Assembly: GCA_001780385.1 (NCBI GenBank) | Contig: MFGW01000148.1 | Span: 6,208 to 12,186 of the forward strand | From: Candidatus Fischerbacteria bacterium RBG_13_37_8 | GTDB taxonomy: Bacteria; Acidobacteriota; HRBIN11; MFGW01 | Direction: 5' to 3' | DNA: 5,979 bases | Shown here: piece by piece, positions 1-5,005 of the stretch | Layout of the letters: every line of letters begins with the position of its first letter | Position numbering within the stretch: position 1 is the first letter of the stretch | Position numbers and translations under genes: made by a program | Notes under the pieces: model-generated | The model's database searches: none | What the model was told of the DNA's origin: nothing | What the model saw: the letters and a program-made list of their open reading frames with translations, nothing else

Positions 1-2236
1 AGTTAACTTTTTTGTTTTCATCCCAATTAGGATCGGCGCTGGTAATAAAATATATATGTCCAAATCCATCAGGCGCATTGCTTGCTAATCTTATTCTAAT
101 GCTATTATAATTGGAGGCACTTACTCCACAAAGCGAAATTGTTATATAAGGATCAGAAGTTTGCGGATCTATATAGAAGAAGCCACCTCCAACTGAATAG
201 TTTTCAACATTGACCGCAACCCAACCTTCTGAATTTCCATCAGTGCTAAAATACCATTCTGTCGAAGATGAACAGGATGATTGATTCTTCTGAAGATAAC
301 AGCCCGCTGCCCATCCAGTTATTCCCAAACAGCTTCCGTTATTCCAGGTGATTTGCCACCAGATATAACCATCTGCTTCCTGGGGACCAGAAACAGCTAT
401 GCCAGAATCTCCAGTTGATACTTGACACAATTCATTACAACTAAGACTGGGACAAGACCTTACTTGAACGCCCGAATTATTTGCTTGAACACTATCATTT
501 ACCTGAAATAATCCCGTAATCTTTTTATAGCGTAAAGGTTCATAAAGAGTAAGATCACTAGCTTGATAAGAGCGCCAATTAACTTTCCAATCATTTGCAG
601 ATGCTTCATAAACAGTAAACAAGCCATTAGATTCCCTTTGCTTAAATAACATAACGTGCTCTCCAGGAATATCCAAAATATCCCCGGCTGCTAAATAATC
701 TTTTGTAACAAGGCTACATGAATAGTCAGTTTTTAAAGTTTGAGTGCTTGCCTTAGTGCTCAGATCCCATGTTCGTGATACAAAACCAGAACAGTCAACG
801 CCCACAGCACAAGAGCTTCCAAAGGTGATGCCACTACAGTCTGGATCCAAAGAAGTACATTTATCACCAGCATATTTTTCAGCTGCTAGTCCTTCATCAT
901 AACAATAACCTATATCATTTGTACAAGAAGTTACATTAGTAAGTCCGGAAAATCCTCCCCATTTGTATGGTATTCCGGTGTACGAACCTGGGGTACTAAT
1001 AGGTGTTTTTACAATCTTAATCTTATTACCACAATAAGTACCTCCAGAAGGAGTAATATTTGGGCTGTTTGCATAAAATGTATGAGTTCGATAAGCTTCG
1101 GCGCGACTCATTATTTCTTCTTGGCTAATCGAAGCTAAATAAGAAATATGTTCCTCCTCAATCCCTAATTGTTCGGTGCTAGCGTCACCTGGAACGATAT
1201 CTTCTTGAATAACAATCGAATGAAAAAAAAGTTGATCAATAGATTTATTTAAAAGCGCAGGATTTGAAACACCCAATGTCCAGATTATTACTTTAACGTG
1301 CTTTTTTAATGGTAAAATTTGATAGACTTTCCCATTGCTTGTTACTCTTAAATCCTTAAATATATATACATAGTTGCTGTAAGGTATCAAAGTTTCTGCG
1401 ACAATTATCCCTTTTAAGTCATATTTTCTGAGATATCGCTTTACCTCAAAAGAGGATGTGGTTTCCTCTACAACAAGATAGATATTATCCCTGTCCGCAC
1501 TAATTAAGCTGATAGTTTCAATATTCCCTTCCTTCTTTAGAATAGTTATTTCCTTTTTTATATTTCCTTCAATATCTGATATTTTAACAATGCCTTGTAA
1601 AGGCCCTTGTCTCTTTAAAAAGAAATAATCATTTTCCCTGCTTAATCCTAATATTTTTCTTTTCATTTGTGCTTCAAGCTTAACTTCAATCCCTTTTTCT
1701 ATCAAAGGGTAGGATGTCTGATCTGCTGTTTCGAAGAACAAACCATGCTTGCCATCAAAATGAATACCAACTATAGGCGATTTTGTATCAGCAATTGCAT
1801 AATCAGCAATAATGGAACCATTAGATCCATATTCAACTACTTTCATTTCTGCATTATAGAAAACGTATGCGTTTCCCCTATCTCCCAAGCATATGTCATA
1901 TGCACTCTCTGAGATGGCTATAGAGGAGAGAAAGTTACCACTTAAACTGTAAATCAATATTTTTTGGTTTGTTGAATCAAGAATATAGATCTTATCATTT
2001 TCTTCGTCTACTGCAAAGCTTTGTGGACCATAATTTCCACCCGGAATCTTTTGAACACCTACTTGACCATGAGCGTTACCCCATTCTATTTGAAATATTT
2101 CTATGGGAATGAACTGTTCAGAAAAAGCTTGAGCATTTAAATAACTTAAATAGAGCAGGCAGAACATTAATAGCATTATTTCCACCATTGCTACTCTAAT
2201 AAAGGATATTACAAATTCTATTGCTTTTATTTTCAT
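1..2236 (-). CDS. Secreted multidomain NlpC/P60-family cell-wall peptidase (5' end complete, 3' end truncated by window edge): signal peptide + beta-propeller-like domain + NlpC/P60 + SH3b-like + further C-terminal domain
   Basis: Not in the supplied ORF track. From ATG at complement(2234..2236) I checked every plus-strand triplet in this phase down to position 2 and found no tta/cta/tca, giving 745 sense codons. SD AAAGGTGG (complement of 2242..2249) lies 5 nt upstream of the ATG. An in-frame TGA at complement(2282..2284) closes the frame upstream. The N-terminus MKIKAIEFVISFIRVAMVEIMLLMFCLLYLSYLNAQA/FSEQ resembles a signal peptide with an AxA site. Residues ~40-380 show blade-like strands, e.g. 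the NHL-like SFAVDEENDKIYILDSTNQKILIYSLSGNFL. NlpC/P60 hallmarks are GIPYKWGG (W426), VGVDCSGFVSRTW (Cys482) and GDILDIPGEHVMLF (His527). An SH3b-like segment runs VQVRSCPS...GWAAGCYL. The last ~90 residues (TEWYFSTDGNSEGWVAV...) begin another beta-rich domain. Confidence 0.85.
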   Translation of the reverse strand, partial: MKIKAIEFVISFIRVAMVEIMLLMFCLLYLSYLNAQAFSEQFIPIEIFQIEWGNAHGQVGVQKIPGGNYGPQSFAVDEENDKIYILDSTNQKILIYSLSGNFLSSIAISESAYDICLGDRGNAYVFYNAEMKVVEYGSNGSIIADYAIADTKSPIVGIHFDGKHGLFFETADQTSYPLIEKGIEVKLEAQMKRKILGLSRENDYFFLKRQGPLQGIVKISDIEGNIKKEITILKKEGNIETISLISADRDNIYLVVEETTSSFEVKRYLRKYDLKGIIVAETLIPYSNYVYIFKDLRVTSNGKVYQILPLKKHVKVIIWTLGVSNPALLNKSIDQLFFHSIVIQEDIVPGDASTEQLGIEEEHISYLASISQEEIMSRAEAYRTHTFYANSPNITPSGGTYCGNKIKIVKTPISTPGSYTGIPYKWGGFSGLTNVTSCTNDIGYCYDEGLAAEKYAGDKCTSLDPDCSGITFGSSCAVGVDCSGFVSRTWDLSTKASTQTLKTDYSCSLVTKDYLAAGDILDIPGEHVMLFKQRESNGLFTVYEASANDWKVNWRSYQASDLTLYEPLRYKKITGLFQVNDSVQANNSGVQVRSCPSLSCNELCQVSTGDSGIAVSGPQEADGYIWWQITWNNGSCLGITGWAAGCYLQKNQSSCSSSTEWYFSTDGNSEGWVAVNVENYSVGGGFFYIDPQTSDPYITISLCGVSASNYNSIRIRLASNAPDGFGHIYFITSADPNWDENKKVN
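287..490 (-). other. SH3b-like (bacterial SH3) domain region of the peptidase
   Basis: Hand translation gives VQANNSGVQVRSCPSLSCNELCQVSTGDSGIAVSGPQEADGYIWWQITWNNGSCLGITGWAAGCYLQK. The pattern (V/LxVRSxPS ... G ... W ... GWxxxxYL) matches my recollection of SH3b cell-wall-binding domains. Boundaries are approximate. Confidence 0.6.
530..1105 (-). other. NlpC/P60 cysteine peptidase catalytic domain region
   Basis: Canonical motif order is present. YKWGG is at about 955..978. The catalytic Cys lies in DCSGFV (codon at 791..793). The catalytic His lies in GEHVMLF (codon at 656..658). The position where a third polar residue is expected reads TVYEAS. Boundaries are approximate. Confidence 0.75.
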
Positions 2237-2270
2237 AATAACCACCTTTTTTATTTTTCGTACATATTCG

Positions 2271-2285
2271 GTGAATCCTGTTCAC
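2271..2285. promoter_or_regulatory. 15-bp palindrome GTGAA-N5-TTCAC in the leader of the peptidase gene (candidate operator or 5'-UTR hairpin)
   Basis: Sequence gtgaatcctgttcac has perfect 5+5 inverted arms. It lies between the predicted promoter (2310..2338) and the SD (2242..2249). The same motif occurs twice upstream of the next gene (4716..4730 and 4747..4761). Confidence 0.55.
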
Positions 2286-2309
2286 GTATTTTCATCACTC
2301 TACTTCTAT

Positions 2310-2338
2310 ATTTTTGCATAGAAATTATTGGTAGTCAA
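2310..2338 (-). promoter_or_regulatory. Sigma-70-type promoter for the peptidase gene: TTGACT - 17 nt - TGC-AAAAAT (extended -10)
   Basis: Complement of 2333..2338 is TTGACT. The spacer is 17 nt. Complement of 2310..2318 is TGCAAAAAT. The same geometry and near-identical sequence occur at 4786..4814 upstream of the second gene. No transcript data. Confidence 0.5.
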
Positions 2339-2363
2339 GCAATAATTTTGTACTGTGGAATTT

Positions 2364-2379
2364 TGCCATAAGGCAAAGC
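2364..2379. other. Short inverted repeat TTTGCC-ATAA-GGCAAA
   Basis: tttgccataaggcaaa forms a 6-bp stem with a 4-nt loop, just upstream of the gene-1 promoter and downstream of gene 2. No U-tract follows on either strand, so it is not a canonical intrinsic terminator. The left arm is part of an 11-mer (ttttgccataa) that recurs at 4921..4931. Confidence 0.3.
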
Positions 2380-2624
2380 ATGAATTACGTTAGGTTATTT
2401 GAGCCACAACATTTTTTGAAACATAAAATTAATGATCTACTTGATCAATATTGCTGCTTTGGTTGATAATGTTGTAAATCATTAGCATATCAGTATTTTA
2501 GACTAGGATTTTTATTTTTCCAAACAAAAAATTGCATAGATGTCATATTGTTGATGTTTAGGGGGAAAATATGCAAAATTGGTAAATGAAAATCCTGAAT
2601 AAGTTATCATGCTTTTTACGAGCG

Positions 2625-2650
2625 AAGTATCGGAAAATGTGAAGATACTT
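2625..2650 (-). other. Inverted repeat AAGTATC-N12-GATACTT immediately 3' of the gene-2 stop codon
   Basis: aagtatc (2625..2631) pairs with gatactt (2644..2650). It starts 6 nt after the TAG stop (2656..2658) on the minus strand. No T-run follows, so terminator function is doubtful. Confidence 0.25.
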
Positions 2651-2655
2651 ATTTG

Positions 2656-4671
2656 CTACGGGCATATTTTGGTGTTGGCAATTGATGGCGCTGTGATTGT
2701 AAAAGCTGGTGCTGATCCGCTTAAAGCTGGTGCTGAACCTGACAAAGCTGGTGCAGTGGCGCTGATAGACGGTGCTGTTATTGTTAATGCTGGAGTGGTA
2801 AAATAGCTGCATGCCGGGATATTTCCAGTTGAATCTACTTTCAATGCTAGAAGCGGAGATGAAAATGAAGCGGTTTGTCCGGTTGCTACCCAATCACCGC
2901 TGGAAGTTTCTTTTGTTGTAAGGATATAATCGGCTGCGGCTCCACCAAAGCTGTTTATTCTTTGTGCAACTCCGGAAGAAGAAAGCTTTATCATTAATCC
3001 TTCAGCGGGGCCTGAGCCAAACGAAGCTGCATAACCGCCGATAAGATACCCGCCATCAGCAGTTTGTGTTATTGAATATGCGCCATCGTCGCCAGCAGTG
3101 CCGAATGTTCTTCGCCATTGAATATTGCCTGAGGAATCCAGTTTCATAACAAGAGCATCGTTATTCCCAGCTCCGAATGATTTGGTGGTTCCTGCGATAA
3201 TATAAGCGCCGTCAGATGTGCTGAGCACTGAATATGCTTTATCTTCATTTGGTCCGCCGTAGGTTCTTCTCCAGAGTATATTCCCGGAGGCATTTAATTT
3301 CATGATTAAGGCATCGATTGTACCGGAGCCGAATGAATCGGTGTATCCTGCAACCAGATAGCCCCCGTCCGATGTTTGTACAATGGAAGTAGCTGTTTCT
3401 GAGTAGACTCCGCCGTAGGTTCTTCTCCAGAGTATATTCCCGGATGAATTAAGCTTTATTAACAGCATATCGGCGCTTCCAGCACTGTATGAACTTGTTT
3501 CTCCTGCTGCAATATAACCGCCATCAGAAGTTTGAATTATTGAATTAATAATGTCTGCATTTGTTCCGCCATATGTTCTTCGCCAGATAATATTGCCTAC
3601 TGAATTTAGTTTAAGGATAAGTGCATCGGTATTCCCTGCGCCGTAGGAATTTGTGTATCCGGCAATAACAGATCCACCATCAGCAGTTTTTACTATTGAA
3701 TTAGCTACATCGTCATTCGTGCCACCGTATGTTCGTCTTGAGACTATATTACCGATTGCATCGACTTGCAGGAATGCGACATCTTTCATTCCCGCCCCAA
3801 AAGATGAGGTATATCCGGCTATAATAGCTGCATTATTTGATAATAAATCCATAGAATTGCCTTTATCGAATCCAAGCACATTAGCGAAGCCATAGCCGCT
3901 TGTGCATCCTCCTCCGCTACAATCCAAAAATACTTGATAGCCCATAGTAGAATTGACACCATTTTCCGTGACAAGAACCGAGTAAGTGCCATTTTGATCG
4001 AGTGTAGCATATACTCCCGCAGTTGCGCAAGCACAATTAGTAGTGCCGACTTGAGTGCCATCCGGACGATATAATGCTACGCATGGACATCCAGGGCTAC
4101 TTAAAGAAGTAGCTTGAGCAGTGATAACGTAACCAATAGTTCCTCCAAAATAGAAGAGATCAGCATCTGATTCAGGATTAATTTCATCAGTGATTGTTTG
4201 ACCATATTGAATTAATGAAGCGCCGTCTGAAGGCGGCGATACACGCTGAAGTGAAATTTCGTAATTAAAACCTCCACCAAATATATGTTGTTGTGCTGTA
4301 ATTGTATAGGTTCCTGTTTGATCAAGATAAGACTCTATGTAAGCATTCCATGTACCGGAACAATGCTGTACAGTTGTTGAATCAGGCTTAAATAATTTAA
4401 TACATGGATAGGAACCTTGAGAATGCATATGCAGCCAGATTGTTTCCCCTGCTTGCCCATAAAATCTAAAAGTATCTATATCTCCATCATCTAATGAGCA
4501 TGTTACGAGATAGCCGTAGGTAATATTCATATTAGTTGGTTCTGCATCACACGGAATGCCTTCCTCTGTCGCCTCAGCCACAACTGCAGAAGCAATAAAA
4601 AGAGCAAGCACCATTAAACATACCGTTACATTACAACATTTTTTTATGTATGAGATCACCGCTAGTCTCAT
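2656..4671 (-). CDS. Secreted repeat protein: signal peptide + two PPC-like (pre-peptidase C-terminal-like) beta-sandwich domains + ~7-bladed SBBP-like beta-propeller + C-terminal AP-rich heptad tail
   Basis: This is the track ORF 2656..4677. The TTG at 4677 abuts the SD directly, with GGAGG being the complement of 4678..4682. The ATG at complement(4669..4671) sits 6 nt after it (GGAGGTTGAAAATG), so I call the start at 4671 (671 aa). A hydrophobic N-terminus VTVCLMVLALFIASAVVAEA indicates a signal peptide. Two segments follow the PPC pattern: DGDIDTFRFYGQAGETIWLHM...TGTYTITAQ...YEISLQRV and ESDADLFYFGGTIGYVITAQ...LYRPDGTQV...NGTYSVLV...YQVFLDC. Then come 52-aa repeats with consensus WRRTYGGxxxDxAxSIxQTSDGGYxxAGxTxSFGxGxxDALxxKLxxSGNIx. 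Stop is TAG at 2656..2658. Confidence 0.9.
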   Translation of the reverse strand: MRLAVISYIKKCCNVTVCLMVLALFIASAVVAEATEEGIPCDAEPTNMNITYGYLVTCSLDDGDIDTFRFYGQAGETIWLHMHSQGSYPCIKLFKPDSTTVQHCSGTWNAYIESYLDQTGTYTITAQQHIFGGGFNYEISLQRVSPPSDGASLIQYGQTITDEINPESDADLFYFGGTIGYVITAQATSLSSPGCPCVALYRPDGTQVGTTNCACATAGVYATLDQNGTYSVLVTENGVNSTMGYQVFLDCSGGGCTSGYGFANVLGFDKGNSMDLLSNNAAIIAGYTSSFGAGMKDVAFLQVDAIGNIVSRRTYGGTNDDVANSIVKTADGGSVIAGYTNSYGAGNTDALILKLNSVGNIIWRRTYGGTNADIINSIIQTSDGGYIAAGETSSYSAGSADMLLIKLNSSGNILWRRTYGGVYSETATSIVQTSDGGYLVAGYTDSFGSGTIDALIMKLNASGNILWRRTYGGPNEDKAYSVLSTSDGAYIIAGTTKSFGAGNNDALVMKLDSSGNIQWRRTFGTAGDDGAYSITQTADGGYLIGGYAASFGSGPAEGLMIKLSSSGVAQRINSFGGAAADYILTTKETSSGDWVATGQTASFSSPLLALKVDSTGNIPACSYFTTPALTITAPSISATAPALSGSAPALSGSAPAFTITAPSIANTKICP
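2681..2785 (-). repeat. Five consecutive 21-bp (heptad-coding) units at the 3' end of gene 2
   Basis: Plus-strand units are attgatggcgctgtgattgta (2681..2701), aaagctggtgctgatccgctt (2702..2722), aaagctggtgctgaacctgac (2723..2743), aaagctggtgcagtggcgctg (2744..2764) and atagacggtgctgttattgtt (2765..2785). They encode TITAPSI / SATAPAL / SGSAPAL / SGSAPAF / TITAPSI. Confidence 0.85.
2962..3741 (-). repeat. Five full 156-bp in-frame tandem repeats (propeller blades), with degenerate flanking copies reaching about 2815 and 3894
   Basis: Protein repeats occupy residues 313-364, 365-416, 417-468, 469-520 and 521-572 (track numbering), each 52 aa. A 36-nt stretch tccgccgtaggttcttctccagagtatattcccgga is identical at 3253..3288 and 3409..3444, an offset of exactly 156. 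Confidence 0.9.
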
Positions 4672-4699
4672 TTTCAACCTCCATAAAATACAAATTTTC

Positions 4700-4761
4700 T
4701 TTTCATATATTATAAGTGAACAATATTCACTTTTCGTATATATTCAGTGAACCACGTTCAC
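4700..4761. promoter_or_regulatory. Tandem 2 x 31-bp direct repeat, each unit ending in a GTGAA-N5-TTCAC palindrome (4716..4730 and 4747..4761), in the leader of gene 2
   Basis: Unit 1 is ttttcatatattataagtgaacaatattcac (4700..4730). Unit 2 is ttttcgtatatattcagtgaaccacgttcac (4731..4761). A single homologous unit, ttttcgtacatattcggtgaatcctgttcac, lies at 2255..2285 upstream of gene 1. The first palindrome extends to 7+7 (aagtgaa caata ttcactt, 4714..4732). Confidence 0.6.
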
Positions 4762-4785
4762 ATTTTCTCATCAATCAACTTTTAC

Positions 4786-4814
4786 ATTTTGGCATAGAAT
4801 TAATTCATTGTCAA
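4786..4814 (-). promoter_or_regulatory. Sigma-70-type promoter for gene 2: TTGACA - 17 nt - TGC-CAAAAT (extended -10)
   Basis: Complement of 4809..4814 is TTGACA. The spacer is 17 nt. Complement of 4786..4794 is TGCCAAAAT. It is homologous in position and sequence to 2310..2338. Confidence 0.55.
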
Positions 4815-5005
4815 GGAGCTGTTCGTAACCACAGGAATTACGGGAGAACATAAGATTGAATCGTGGGAGAAGTGGGTGGAATTGCAAAATGAAAGATAAC
4901 CTATAGTGCGTATTTTGAGGTTTTGCCATAACTATTTTTCACTATTTCCAGAAAGAGGGAGCAAAAGAGCTGGACTTCCGCGCCGAGAAATACTATTATA
5001 CAGAT

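Noticed and set aside
1223-1230. A8 homopolymer (T8 on the coding strand) as a possible phase-variation tract in the peptidase gene
   Set aside because: The frame is intact across it (LFFH). An 8-nt A/T run is unremarkable in sequence this AT-rich.
1667-1912. Track ORF, plus strand, 81 aa
   Set aside because: It lies entirely antisense to the 745-codon minus-strand ORF. It has low-complexity, Cys/Phe/Ile-rich composition, no SD and no recognisable motif, so it is a shadow ORF.
2380-2466. 28-codon plus-strand ORF (MNYVRLFEPQHFLKHKINDLLDQYCCFG)
   Set aside because: It has only a weak AAGG upstream and no recognisable motif, and its length is expected by chance in AT-rich spacer.
2609-2806. 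Track ORF, plus strand, 65 aa with AGA/KAG repeats
   Set aside because: It is the antisense reading of the 21-bp heptad repeats of gene 2. Its repetitiveness is inherited from the real gene.
2558-2893. Track ORF, minus strand, 111 aa
   Set aside because: It overlaps the 3' end of gene 2 out of frame and then runs into AT-rich spacer. Its composition (S/F/N/I-rich) is typical of off-frame translation.
2962-3741. Regular 156-bp periodicity considered as a CRISPR-like or non-coding tandem array
   Set aside because: The period is a multiple of 3, the repeats are in frame in a long ORF, and they encode a conserved 52-aa blade motif. There is no short-repeat and unique-spacer organisation.
3653-4061. 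Track ORFs 3653..3895 (+) and 3819..4061 (-)
   Set aside because: Both are embedded in the 2-kb gene 2 in other frames or the other strand, and neither has independent signals.
4556-4750. Track ORF, plus strand, 64 aa spanning the gene-2 start and leader
   Set aside because: It is antisense to the signal-peptide coding region and the regulatory repeats, with no SD.
4747-4761. Palindromes considered as a LexA (Cheo box, GAAC-N4-GTTC) or CRP/FNR-type site
   Set aside because: The GAAC/GTTC spacing here is N3 and is present in only one of the three copies. CRP (TGTGA-N6-TCACA) and FNR (TTGAT-N4-ATCAA) arms and spacing do not match GTGAA-N5-TTCAC. I cannot assign a known regulator.
4889-4906. 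5-codon ORF (MKDNL) preceded by GGTGGA
   Set aside because: It is too short to evaluate. It could be a leader peptide, but nothing else supports that.
4953-4972. Upstream in-frame CTG (4970..4972) with strong SD AAGAGGGAG as an alternative DUF4338 start
   Set aside because: CTG starts are rare. As I recall, homologues begin only a few residues before the position equivalent to YSKCGKVFSQQEI, which fits the ATG at 5006.
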